The translations under genes were made by a program, and so were the position numbers. Of a DNA stretch of 53,164 nucleotides, positions 12,801 to 52,757 are shown in pieces (position 1 is the stretch's first letter; each line of letters opens with the position of its first letter). The stretch spans positions 1 through 53,164 of the forward strand of contig NIVC01000579.1 of NCBI GenBank assembly GCA_002269645.1. Reading direction: 5' to 3'. The notes under the pieces were generated by a model. The model saw nothing but the letters and a program-made list of their open reading frames with translations. It searched no databases and was not told where the DNA came from. The DNA is from Macrostomum lignano (lineage: Eukaryota).

Positions 12801-13101
12801 CATCTGTCACCAGCATCTGACACTATCATCTGTCACCATCATCTGTCAGTCACCATCATCTGTCACCAGCATCTGTCATCAGCATCTGTCACTATCATCT
12901 GTCAACAGCATCTGTCACCAGCATCTGTCACCAACATCTGTCACCATCATCTGTCACCAGCATCTGTCATCAGCATCTGTCACCATCATCTGTCACCAAC
13001 ATCTGCCACCAGCATCTGTCACCATCATCTGTCACCATCATCTGTCATCATCATCTGTCACCAGCATCTGTCACCAGCATCAAACATCAGCATCTGTCAC
13101 C
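9832..13101. repeat. 13-bp minisatellite CATCTGTCACCA(G/T) in NPRL2 intron 2, split by an RTE insertion
   Basis: Arrays at 9832..9970 and about 11355..13101 have the same unit. The His/Ser-rich ORFs here are repeat translations. Confidence 0.95.
9971..11279 (-). mobile_element. 5'-truncated RTE-clade non-LTR retrotransposon (RT and C-terminal domain), antisense in NPRL2 intron 2
   Basis: Open frame (annotated 11249..10017) has RT motifs QNGFR, FVDFRKAFDSV, GVLQGDTLAPFLF and YADD, plus an RTE-type C-terminus RRRRLQLAGHVIR..RRG. Short 3' UTR ends in a (GTT)n tail (9971-9986 reads TAACAACAAC on +). No endonuclease domain; the frame begins abruptly at ESCAAKLFNRMLL. Confidence 0.9.
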
Positions 13102-13116
13102 GATTCAATCCGGCAG

Positions 13117-13407
13117 GTGCCAGTTCTGGTTGGCCGGTCTCCGCCAGTCAAGACAGACATTGTCACCAGCCTAATCCTGCCCTACATTGACGGAGTCTCG
13201 CACGTCGCTAAAATAGCCTGCATGGCCGACGTAGACAAGAGCATAGTGAAAACCTGCCTGCAGAATCTCTGCAGCCTGCACGCTGTCAGATTCCTGCCGC
13301 TGACCCTGTACTCTGACTCTTACGCCTGTCTGACCGGACTGCATAGGCTCGTGTCCGATCCCAGACTGGGCCAGCTCTGCCAGGAAGCTGTCACACTGTC
13401 TAACAAG
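13117..13407 (+). CDS. NPRL2: NPRL2 exon 3
   Basis: Acceptor GGCAG|GTG; ILPYIDGVSHVAKIACMADVDKSIVKTCLQNL; donor AAG|GTGATG at 13408, phase 0. Confidence 0.9.
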
Positions 13408-13464
13408 GTGATGCTCGCAATTCATCTGCGCTCTACACCCGGGTATCTAGAGATCTCCAGCGAA

Positions 13465-13700
13465 TCATATCCCATCTCTATAGAATCCTATTTCATCTCT
13501 GTAGAATCCGTTTTCATCTCTATTGAATCTGATCCCATCTCTATAGAAACCGATCCCATCTCTATAGAATCATATCCCATCTCTATAGAATCTGATCGCA
13601 TCTCTATAGAATCCTATCCATCTCTATAGAATCCCATCTTATCTCTATAGAATCTGCCCCTATCTCTTGAGAATCTGTCCCCTATCTCTAGAGAATCGAT
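13465..13700. repeat. ~21-bp minisatellite (CCCATCTCTATAGAATC core), NPRL2 intron 3
   Basis: Directly visible; gives the spurious ISIESYP peptide repeat in the ORF track. Confidence 0.85.
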
Positions 13701-13763
13701 AGGCACATGTCTAGAGGATGTCTACTCATCCTCAATCGCCCACCACCCCGCTCCCGAACGCAG

Positions 13764-14126
13764 GAGCGAACGCCCAGCATCGGGCGGCTGTTCCGCTTAT
13801 TCTCGTGCATGTCGCCGGGCTCCACTCTGAAAGACCTGCTGACCCTGCACAGCGGCCTGGCAGCGAATGTAGACGTGCTCAGATTAGTGCAGTTCGGCCT
13901 GCTGCACTGCCTAATCCGGCGGGTTAGCGCCTATCCGGTTCGGCTGCACTGGAGTCAAACCGGATCGGCTGACTGCTCTGTCGGGCTAAGAGGAACCGAC
14001 CAGCTGAACCGGCTGCTAGACGGATACCGGTCTATGGATGAGATCTGCGCCAGCACGGGACTGAGCCGGCAGATGGTTGAAGAACGACTAGAACGGGATT
14101 CACTTGTGGTGGTTATAAGACGTTGA
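13764..14126 (+). CDS. NPRL2: NPRL2 exon 4 (terminal)
   Basis: Acceptor CGCAG|GAG; MSPGSTLKDL..LVQFGLLHCLIRRV..YPV..DGYRSMDEICASTG; stop TGA ends at 14126. Confidence 0.9.
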   Translation, partial: ERTPSIGRLFRLFSCMSPGSTLKDLLTLHSGLAANVDVLRLVQFGLLHCLIRRVSAYPVRLHWSQTGSADCSVGLRGTDQLNRLLDGYRSMDEICASTGLSRQMVEERLERDSLVVVIRR

Positions 14127-14804
14127 GTAGCTTTTATTGCATTGCTTGCCATTGATTTGATACATCTGCCAATAGCTGTTGGCGCAGTCAGGTTGTCTAT
14201 GGTTAGAAGCATCAAGCTCGAAATGAGTAGCTATAGACTGTAAATTCGATATGATGCAATCGTATATATTACTGACATAACTGCTGAGAGTAGCTGGTCG
14301 TAGAAATCTTGTGGTTAAAAAAATGTCTACGGCAAAGCCCACTATTTTTCGACAAAGATATACTACTAATTAAGTAGTTAATTTAGGCATTTTAATAAGA
14401 AATCGAGTTTCGATATCTCTATATTAAAATATATGACTGTGGATCTCTGTTTGTGCATTGTTCTGCGGACTTCTGAGGAAGCTTTTAATGTTGCTTTTAA
14501 TATTCAATGATGTACACTATAGTTTGACAGTAATTCGATATAAGTCATCGATGATTTATTGTGTCTCTTAGTTTTATCTTATAAGAATTAACTTTGTACT
14601 CTTAAGTAAGCACTTGTACTGCACTGCGTGACGCAGTCAAATTAGATTACAGATAAAAAATATAACTGAAGTGTTCTCAATCTGCTCACTTGTGCTTTCA
14701 ATTTGATGAACAAGCATTAATGTTAGTTGCCTTCTTTTTGTCTTGATTTTTGATATTTTTACATATTTTTATCATACTCGTATTAGCCCAGATCAGCGCC
14801 TTTG

Positions 14805-15475
14805 CCCCCCCCCCACTAATGTACAAATATAGCCCTGATCGGATCTAATTGGCTGGCGCCTCCCCCATCCCCACTAATGTATAATATAGCCCTGATCGGA
14901 TCTAATTGGCTGGCGCCTCCCCATCCCCACTAATGTACAAATATAGCCCTGATCCTATTTAATTAGCTGGCGCCTCTGCCCCCCACTAATGTACAAATAT
15001 AGCCCTGATCGGATCTAATTGGCTGGCGCCTCCCCATCCCCACTAATGTACAAATGTAGCCCTGATCCTATTTAATTAGCTGGCGCCTCTGCCCCCCCAC
15101 TAATGTACAAATATAGCCCTGATCGGATCTAATTGGCTGGCGCCTCCCCATCCCCACTAATGTACAAATGTAGCCCTGATCCTATTTAATTAGCTGGCGC
15201 CTCTGCCCCCCCACTAATGTACAAATATAGCCCTGATCGGATCTAATTGGCTGGCGCCTCCCCATCCCCACTAATGTATAAATATAGCCCTGATCCTATT
15301 TAATTAGCTGGCGCCCCTCCCCCACCCCCAGTAATGTACTAAATACGAGTATAGCCCTGATCCAATTTAATATAGCTGGCGCCTCCCCCCACCCCCACTA
15401 ATGTACAAATATAGCCCTGATCGGATCTAATTGGCTGGCGCCTCCCCCATCCCCACTAATGCACATATATAGCCC
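14805..15475. repeat. 56-58 bp tandem repeat, about 12 copies, two largely alternating variants, upstream of CISD3
   Basis: CCCCACTAATGTACAAATATAGCCCTGATC followed by either GGATCTAATTGGCTGG or CTATTTAATTAGCTGG. Confidence 0.92.
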
Positions 15476-15557
15476 ACGTCTTCACTTTTTAGCTTAACTG
15501 TCAATGCTTGTAGCCTTTAGGTGCCCGCTTGATTAACTGCTAATTCTATCCCAACAG

Positions 15558-15995
15558 TACAGCCTTGGTCGCCTCCTCCAACATGCTCGCCTTCAGGCCG
15601 ACAATTCAAAGGAGCCGCCTTCGCCGGCAGTCCCTGCGCCTGCCTGTCCCACATTCGGGCCGTCCAACGTACGCGGCAGCAGCCTCCGGCCCGGCCAGTC
15701 GCTGCGCTGGTGCGCATGCGGCCTCAGCCAATCGCAGCCCTGGTGCGACGGGTCTCACAGGCGGGCGCCGCCAGGGTACAAGCCCTTAGCCTGGACTGTG
15801 CCTGATAAGCCGCAGGCTCTCTACCAGCTTTGCAATTGCAAGTACACGAAGAGCCCACCGCTGTGCGACGGCAGTCATACCAATCTGCCTTGCCAACTGA
15901 TGGCTAAACAGGCCGATTGCAAAGACAAATCTAATCACGCACAAGATTTAACATTGTGCAGCAGTTGCGGCTGGTGTCCAAAGTTTCAGTTCTGA
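15558..15995 (+). CDS. CISD3: CDGSH iron-sulfur domain-containing protein 3 (MiNT), main exon
   Basis: One frame holds two CDGSH motifs, WCACGLSQSQPWCDGSH and LCNCKYTKSPPLCDGSH, plus a C-terminal CSSCGW. In-frame stop at 15534, so an upstream exon is needed. Candidate micro-exon ATGCTT 15504..15509 with a 48-nt intron GTAGCC..CAACAG. Confidence 0.88.
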   Translation, partial: YSLGRLLQHARLQADNSKEPPSPAVPAPACPTFGPSNVRGSSLRPGQSLRWCACGLSQSQPWCDGSHRRAPPGYKPLAWTVPDKPQALYQLCNCKYTKSPPLCDGSHTNLPCQLMAKQADCKDKSNHAQDLTLCSSCGWCPKFQF

Positions 15996-16047
15996 CGCGT
16001 AGCGGTGTAGCAGTATTTTTGTCTCTGATTTGCACAGAATAATGGAG

Positions 16048-16944
16048 TAGGGAGAGCAGAGAAAAGAGAGGGGAGCCGAGGGAAGAGAGGGGAGCAGAGA
16101 GAAGAGAAGGGAGGCAGAGGAAAGAGAGGGGAGCGGAAGGAAGAGAAGGGAGGCAGAGGAAAGAGAGGGGAGCAGAGGGAAGAGAGGGGAGCAGAGGGAA
16201 GAGAGGGAGCAGAGAGAAGAGAAGGGAGCAGAGGAAAGAGAAGGGAGGCAGAGGAAAGAGAGGGGAGCGGAAGGAAGAGAAGGGAGGCAGAGGAAAGAGA
16301 GGGGAGCAGAGAGAAGAGAAGGGAGCAGAGGGAAGAGAGGGGAGCAGAGAGAAGAGAGGGAGCAGAGAGAAGAGAAGGGAGCAGAGGAAAGAGAGGGGAG
16401 CAGAGGGAAGAGAGGGGAGCAGAGGGAAGAGAGGGAGCAGAGAGAAGAGAGGGGAGCAGAGAGAAGAGAAGGGAGCAGAGGGAAGAGAGGGAGCAGAGAG
16501 AAGAGAAGGGAGCAGAGGGAAGAGAGGGAGCAGAGAGAAGAGAGGGGAGCAGAGAGAAGAGAGGGGAGCAGAGGGAAGAGAGGGAGCAGAGAGAAGAGAG
16601 GGGAGCAGAGAGAAGAGAAGGGAGCAGAGGGAAGAGAGGGAGCAGAGAGAAGAGAAGGGAGCAGAGGGAAGAGAGGGAGCAGAGAGAAGAGAGGGGAGCA
16701 GAGAGAAGAGAGGGGAGCAGAGGGAAGAGAGGGAGCAGAGAGAAGAGAGGGGAGCAGAGAGAAGAGAAGGGAGCAGAGGGAAGAGAGGGAGCAGAGAGAA
16801 GAGAAGGGAGCAGAGGGAAGAGAGGGAGCAGAGGAAAGAGAGGGAGCAGAGAGAAGAGAAGGGAGCAGAGGGAAGAGAGGGGAGCAGAGGAAAGAGAGGG
16901 GAGCGGAAGGAAGAGAAGGGAGCAGAGGCAAGAGAGGGGAGCAG
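16048..16944. repeat. Near-pure polypurine minisatellite (~18-19 bp, GGGAGCAGAG(A/G)GAAGAGA) downstream of the CISD3 stop
   Basis: The + strand is almost only G/A with a single C per unit over about 900 bp. The Leu/Ser/Pro ORFs on - are artefacts. Confidence 0.95.
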
Positions 16945-17260
16945 ATGGTTCTGAAAGCCTGTGAAGCCCCTGATCATAATCCCATTTAGCAATAACTCGA
17001 ACGAGATCCAGATGTCCTAATCCAGAAAAGAGCAATTCAAATTTAATGCTGATTCAAATTCAGTACCTTTGCTATAATGAAACGATTTTATGAGGTTTGT
17101 TTTCATTAATAATTCAATAAAATATGGTGCCTTTACACAGATTTGATTTACAATTGCTTATATAAAATTCAGACTTTAAGCCTCTTAATAATTTCTGATA
17201 GTTTGTTAGCGATTTATAACCTGGAACTTGATTTATGAGTAAGGCTAAAGTGTTAGTTAC

Positions 17261-18735
17261 ATGACTCATCAATGCGAGCATATTTTAGTAACATTAGTGC
17301 ACGTGCACTATGACACACCTGTCCATAGGCTACCGGATTAAGCGGCGGCATTGTCCGCCTGTCTCGCCGATCAGTTAACGCAGGCCAAAGCGTTTCCCGC
17401 GTGGCAATTCGTCTGCTATCGTCTGGCAGTCAGCAGCAACAACAACAGCAGGAGCAACAGCAGCAGTCTCGGCCGCCGCTTCATCGCGACCCAGAGCTCG
17501 CCCAGCTTCTTGGCCGAATTGCCAGCCTGGATTTGGCCAAGCTGACGCCGGAGACTCGGGCCCTGCTAGATCGGATCGTTCGAGTTGATCATGCTGGTGA
17601 TTTAAACAGTTTGCTGCTTGTGTGTATTTGTGCAACTTTATCGATTCCTATAATGGTCGCAATCTGCAGTTCACAGTTATATTCCGCCATTTATTAATGC
17701 ATTTATAACTATTGACATGATTAATTGAAACTAGATAAATCCGTCCCTACATGTAGTTTCAATAAATCCACCTCTGACTTAGATAAATCCGCCCCTGTTT
17801 TAGATAAATCCGCCCTGGTTTATATAAATCCGCCCCTGGTTTAGATAAACCTGCCTCTGGTTTAAATAAATCCGCCCCTGGTTTAGATAAACCTGCCCCT
17901 AGTTTAGATAAATCCGCCCCTGGTTTATATAAACCTGCCCCTAGTTTAGATAAATCCACCCCTGGTTTAAATAAAACTGCCTCTAGTTTAGATAAATCCG
18001 ACCCTGGTTTGGATAAATCCGATCCTGGTTTAGATAAATCCGCCCATAGTTTAAATAAATTAGCCTCGATTCCCTGTAAATCCGCCCCTAGATTAAATAA
18101 ATCTGCCCCTAGTTTGCATCAATCCGCCCCTGCTGTACATGTTCTCAGTTAAATCTCCCTCTAGTTCGAACAGATCCACCTGCACCCCAGAGAAACCCGC
18201 TACCAGTTCCGATAGATCTGCTCCTATTTCAGTTAAATCCGCCTCAACTTCCGCAGGCGAATTCGGCGCCGACCGGATCTACGCCGGCCAGCTAGCTGTG
18301 CTGGGCGGCACCCCAACAGGCCCGCTGATCCGCCACATGCACGAGCAGGAGCAGGACCATCTGGCCGCGTTCGAAGCCCTCATCCCGGCGTTGCGCGCCC
18401 GGCCCACCGTGCTGATGCCGTTCTGGCGTGTGGCCGGCTTCGCTTTGGGCGCCGGCACCGCTTTAATTGGCAAAGAGGCCGCCATGGCCTGCACTGTGGC
18501 TGTTGAAGCCGAGATTCAGGAACACTACAATGCTCAGCTGCGCAGCCTGCTAGCCGATAATCCCGAGCTACACGCCGACTTAATGCGGGTCATCGCTCGA
18601 TTCCGCGACGAGGAGGCCGAGCATCACGACACTGGACTACGCGAGGACGCTGAGTCTGCGCCCGCTTATCCGGCTTTGTCCGCCGCCATTCGAGCTGGCT
18701 GTCGGGTTGCCATCTTCTTGTCGGAGCGGATCTGA
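17261..18735 (+). CDS. COQ7: 5-demethoxyubiquinone hydroxylase (COQ7/clk-1); exons 17261..17287 (tentative), 17329..17596, 18257..18735
   Basis: The spliced junction gives RIVRVDHAG|EFGADRIYAGQLAVLG (phase 1). Di-iron motifs EQEQDHL, AMACTVAVEAEIQEHYNAQL and FRDEEAEHHDTG are present. The N-terminus is Arg/Ser-rich like a mitochondrial presequence, with poly-Q. AATAAA at 18746. Confidence 0.93.
17730..18135. repeat. 21-bp minisatellite (TAGATAAATCCGCCCCTGGTT) in the COQ7 intron
   Basis: Directly visible within intron 17597..18256. Confidence 0.9.
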
Positions 18736-19414
18736 ACTATTTCACAATAAATAAATTCGCAAAAGATATTGGTAAATAGCCTTAGAACGATAAAATGCCA
18801 TAGAAATGCCGGGGAAATTCCATGGAAATGCCGAGGGAATTCCAGAAATTCCAAAAATATCCGCAGAAATTCCAAGAAAATTGATTTTTTCAAAACCCCA
18901 CAGATATGCCATTAAAAATCACACGTTTCGTTTACCCAGTTACATGTAGAGAAAGAGTTGTAGTCCAGTGGGTTCGGAGTCAAACGGTCTAAATTTGCTC
19001 CTTGAATATTTGAATCCTTGAATATTTGGCTATATTTTGTTAACTTACAAGTAGGTATTCCTGTGTAAGCAAATGACCCACAATAATGAAACCTTTGCTT
19101 AGCTTAGACTTAGTTCAAACCGGAAAGTCACCCAGTGCTTTTTATTTGAATTTCTATCTGACTGTTAACCATCTGCTTTTCTTCGAAGCATTTTGAACAG
19201 TTTTGAAATTGTACTTCATTTTCAATAGCTTTGTTATCAGGCTTGTCATAGCCTGAGGCTTAAATATACAAATATTAATCTGCAAAGGAGTTGTTTATTA
19301 AATCGTATTTTTCATTTTCAATTTTGTATCAACAAGAAATAATCTGTCAACATCTAGAATGACGCTCAAACTCCCTCTAGAATCTCATTCAATCGCCTTA
19401 ATAGAGAATAGCCC

Positions 19415-19995
19415 TCAATGTCCTTTGATAATCGCCCTCGATCTCCTTTGATAATCGCCCTCAATCTCCATTGATAATCGCCCTCAATCTCCATTGATAA
19501 TCGCCCTCAATCTCCATTGATAATCGCCCTCAATCTCCACTGATAATCGCCCTCAATCTCCATTGATAATCGCCCTCAATCTCCACTGATAATCGCCCTC
19601 AATCTCCATTGATAATCGCCCTCAATCTCCATTGATAATCGCCCTCAATCTCCATTGATAATCGCCCTCAATCTCCACTGATAATCGCCCTCAATCTCCA
19701 TTGATAATCGCCCTCAATCTCCACTGATAATCGCCCTCAATCTCCATTGATAATCGCCCTCAATCTCCATTCATAATCGCCCTCAATCTCCATTGATAAT
19801 CGCCCTCAATCTCCATTGATAATCGCCCTCAATCTCCATTGATAATCGCCCTCAATCTTCATTGATAATCGCCCTCAATCTCCATTGATAATCGCCCTCA
19901 ATCTCCATTGATAATCGCCCTCAATCTCCATTGATAATCGCCCTCAATCTCCATTGATTAATCGCCCTGAATCTCCATTGATAATCGCCCTGGAT
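19415..19995. repeat. 23-bp minisatellite (GATAATCGCCCTCAATCTCCATT) upstream of the first traced THADA exon
   Basis: About 25 near-identical copies. Confidence 0.95.
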
Positions 19996-20048
19996 CTCCT
20001 TTGAAACAGCAAAACATGGGTAAATATTCCAGCAGTTTCAGCAGTTGA

Positions 20049-48690
<28,642 letters not shown>

Positions 48691-51513
48691 GTGAGTAGTG
48701 AATATAGCACCTGTATGTACATCTGAATATAGCTCGTACAAATGAAGATACATCTGAATGTACATCTGAATACACACCTGAATGTACGTCTAATTTAGCT
48801 CCTAAAATGAATATATATCTGAATATACACCTGAATATTCAGTAAACGCCTGTATATTAACTGAATATTATGAGTTAACCCGCAACCCACCAGCAGCAAA
48901 AGGAAGGCAAAGGTAGCAGGTTGGCAGCGAGCACAAAGCAGCGACGAGGTGGGGAAGGCGACCCCTTCGTATGTTGCATTTATTTTGCGCAATACACGGG
49001 CGTACGTTTTGCGCAATACATTGGACAGAGGCTGGCATCAAAATCCGCTTGAATGGCCTTCATCCGCCCGAAACGGAAGCTTGTTGAAGAGTCGGCACTG
49101 ATTGCAACGAAGCGTGAAGCCGTCTTCAGTCAGTCTTTTTCTTAGTTCCAGGAATAGGCCATTTGGCAGAGTTGCACCATGAAATCTATTTTCATTCTGG
49201 TGCTGTTTACCGTGAAGTTTAATTCCTACTAAATTTACATGGCCTTGATCGCGTTAATCATTCTCCACGTTGCTTGCTCAAAGTCTGTCAATGTGGCGAC
49301 TGACTGGCAGCTTTCGGCACTCTGATTTTCTGCTGCCGACGTGAATGAGCCCGAGTTTGATGGCTGCGGACACCATTTATAAATAGACTTTCGCTGGTTT
49401 AAAGATGGCGTTGTTTAGATCGGCTGGTCTCGTTCTGGCATAATAAGCTGTCGCAAGAGCCATCGGACAGACACCACACCACCGTCAAACTAGTGCAGGA
49501 AGCGGGGACGGGGACATCTGATAACGAAATCAAAGCCATTAAGCTTCTCCAAAGATGATACGGCATTTGCCTGTCCACGGGAAATGTAGAGATGAGAATA
49601 TTCAATACAAAGATCCTGTGAGAAAATTCACTAAAACACGATTGCGTAGTTAATGAACTTACGCCTGACAAGTCAGACATGCGTACGGGAATGTTTGCGG
49701 TTAAGTAGTGTCACGTTTGGTGCGAATACCAGTTGATATGCAACCTGCACCCCCCCTTCATTTTGTTCGACGTGAGTTACACAAGAGAGTAGCGGCCTCC
49801 CGTAGATAGCGGTCTTACAAGTCGATTATCAACTTTTGAAAGTTGCTGAAACGCAGACAAAAAGCGGTACAACATATAGCAACTTTCGGTCCGACTTTCG
49901 TGTCTTAAAAGTCGATAAAAATTGTTAAAAATCTGGTTTAGAAACGAATAAAAACAAGAAACATCGATGCTATTGCGACAATGGTGGTGTAGAATGTATT
50001 TTTCATGGAAGTTTGTTAATATTGCCATCAATTATCGACGATAATCGTTCATTAAAACGCAGGTTGTTTAATGTCACTAGTCGATATGGACTTGACATTA
50101 TACGATATATCGCATAGTTTAAGTTTTGAAAGAGATTAGCAACCAGTAGTTAAATTAGAACGGGTAATTCACTAGTCATTGTCTAGACTTATTCGAAGTA
50201 CGAATAATCGTGCACTTATCTTGACATTATTTTGTACTTTTCGAGTCAACTGTGAACGATGATTAAACCAATTTCAAAAAAATTTACAGACAAGCTCATG
50301 TAGCACATTTCTCTCAGTCAGCGAAAGCCAAATCTGCATCCTGTAACTGAGGATATTGAATGACAGATTTTTCAATAAATGATCCCGCAGAATCCACAGC
50401 GTAGAGCATTGGAGATGCAAAGAAGTTGCTTTTTTAGCGTAGCTGTGACGCGGAAATTCAAGTCTATTCTCTTTTGTACTCATCTGCTTTTTCTCCTCTT
50501 GGCCAGGTATTTTTTGTGTATTTTCTGCTTTCAGCCACACTATCTCTCTCAGAATCGGAAGGAACTTGTAGTGTGTGTTGGACTGGAAATCGCTATTATG
50601 TAAAAATAGTAGTACACAAGATGACATTGGAAGACGTCTGGCCAGCTGTAAGGTAACCAAGGCAACAACAGCTAGCTAATGATACAGCCGCTGCAATACA
50701 GCTGTGTAGAGCATGCACAGTGCTTTGTGGGTATGGCTGCAACCCCCCCCCCCACCCTGCATTTCTACTGCATGCCTGTCTTTAAAATCAATTCAAGATT
50801 CAAATGTAAGAACTGGGGTCAAGGGTCGTAGTGCTCCGGTGCCTGGATAGAAGCTCAAACTTACTCAACATTTTCTGTCTCCTCGTGTACTTAAATTGCT
50901 TTTTTTTACCTGGCCTGTCACTTGTCCACAAATCCATCCATTTGGAATGACAGTGTGTGCATTTTGGGATTGCTAATTTTGGAAGCTCCACCTGTCTTAG
51001 TAAGTGAATTAGTTCAACAATTCACTTGCGGCTCCTCTAAGACAATATCCGCCCAGCCTCCGATCTTGACTCCAGGGAGCCTTTGACTCCAGTGGTTCCA
51101 GTGGACTCTCTTGAAAGCCAGGTTTGCCCTAAGCAAACCAACTTGACATGGAATTCTATTAGAGGGCCTCGAGCCTGAACAAGCGTGCGCACTTACTTGA
51201 CGAACTTGGTCGAACTTAGGAGCTTAAGTAGGCGCTTTCTCTCTATCACGGGCCTGTCATTCGTTAAGTGCATCCGAGGTTTTCTTGACGAATAAGAGTC
51301 TTGGGGAGGGGGAATGGGGAATAGGGCATCAATGTTGCTCACGTGTATGGCTATAAGGCTGTATATGTATATCAGCTGCCTAATAGCAGGCCACAGACCA
51401 CACCCCCGCAAGTATCGGACACAACTGACCGGCAAAATACCATCGCAATAGGCGCGATATCAAACAGCCAGCCAGCAGCAAGATAACGCAGCTCAGCTGC
51501 CTCTCCACCGGCA

Positions 51514-52757
51514 ATGCCCTGGTCGCCTGATCAGCGCAGCGAGATGCTGCAGCGCTACCTGAACGATTCTTACCTGGACACCCTGCTCGACTTGCAGGTG
51601 GACTGCCTGGTGGACAGCTCCAGTCTCGACTGCGCCACGGCCACCGTGCTCGGCTTCCTGGCCGGCGCCGTGGTCCCGGTGGCCGTTGCCATGGGAACGG
51701 TGGGCAACCTGCTCACGGTGCACGTGATCTTTCGTCGAATTCGTCAGCGAACTCGGCTGCATTTTTACCTGGCCTGCATTGCGCTGTCGGACTGGGGCAA
51801 CCTCATCTGCTGGGGCCTGGGCTGGCAGGTGCTGGCCAAGGGGCTGCCCTGGCTCTCCGGTGGCCGCGTTGGAATAATTATCCCCAACATGTCGGACGGC
51901 ATGTGCCGCGGCTTCCGGTTCGCGCACAACTTTTTCCACGCCCTGTCGGCCAACTGGTTTCTGCTGATGACGCTGGACCGTCTAAACGCCCTCTATCGGC
52001 CGCTGAAGGCGCGCTCGCTCAGCCTCCGCTCGGCGGCCAAGGCGGCCACCGGCGCCTTCGTGGCGACCATCGCCATGGCCGGCCCCGTGCCGGCATTCTG
52101 GGGCTGGCATCGCCTGGTGCAGGGCGGCGGCGGCCGCATCGCCTGCCTTCCAGTGCCGTTCTATGGCGACTCCGTGCGTCTGTGGACCATCTTCTCGACC
52201 GTGTTACTGCTGCAGCCGCCCAGCCTCCAGATGCTGGCCGTGTCAGTGTGCAACAGTCTTCTTCTTGTGCGGCTTTGCCGTCTTCGCCGCTCCTCGGGCA
52301 ACTTTTTGGCGGTAATGCGGACACCAGGCGGCACGGAGGCACCAGACGACTCGGGCGCAGCTCTAGACGACACGGCGGCGCCAGACTGGCAGCGGCGGAG
52401 GAACTGGCGCCGACTCTGGTTGTAGTGGCGCTTTCCGTTGTCTTTCTGATGTGCGGCCTGCCCGTGTGCGCCGTTGGCTTCGTCGTCATGCGCCGGACCG
52501 TCTTTGGCGACGAAAGCGACAACGATAGCAGCATCGGTGGAGGCGGCGTTATGGGCCTTCGCTCAGTGTACAACATCAGCGACATCGGCCAGATTCTGAT
52601 CCTCGTAAATCAGTCCATCAACTGGGCGGTGCTGCTGTGCAGGGATCGCCAATTTCGTTCGGAATTTTTGGCCGTAGTAACGCTTGGTCGCTGCGTCAGG
52701 TCAGCGGACGGGAGCGAGCAGATGACCAGCTGGCCGCTGAGCCGCAATGGCAAGTGA
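51514..52757 (+). pseudogene. Intronless class A (rhodopsin-like, peptide-receptor-like orphan) GPCR with one -1 frameshift in ICL3; pseudogene or sequencing error
   Basis: Frame 51514: TM1 GTVGNLLTVHVI, TM2 YLACIALSD, TM3 C..F..SANWFLLMTLDRL..LYRP, TM4, TM5. The frame ending at 52757 supplies TM6 TLVVVALSVVFLMCGLP and TM7 ILILVNQSINWAVLLCRDRQFR. The switch lies at about 52372-52422. Confidence 0.8.

Noticed and set aside
11345-13190. His/Ser-rich ORFs (ICHQHLSPSSVT repeats) and other long repeat ORFs (102-580, 15931-17035, 23406-23777, 24872-25656, 29494-29778, 30736-31369)
   Set aside because: They are translations of stop-free tandem or microsatellite units within introns or spacers; flanking exons splice around them in phase.
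15565-15789. Arg-rich ORF MLAFRPTIQRSRLRRQ as the CISD3 N-terminus via frameshift
   Set aside because: The CDGSH frame is open back to the acceptor at 15557, so no frameshift is needed; Arg richness is expected in shifted GC-rich frames.
49179-49680. Signal-peptide-like starts (MKSIFILVLF, MALIALIILHV), an Ig-like WFKDG on +, and a TM1-TM2-like stretch on - (ORF 49399..49680)
   Set aside because: Frames are riddled with stops, no consistent exon model could be built, and the motifs are too short to exceed chance.
52372-52425. Programmed -1 ribosomal frameshift in the GPCR
   Set aside because: No X XXY YYZ slippery site is visible; an indel mutation or sequencing error is simpler.
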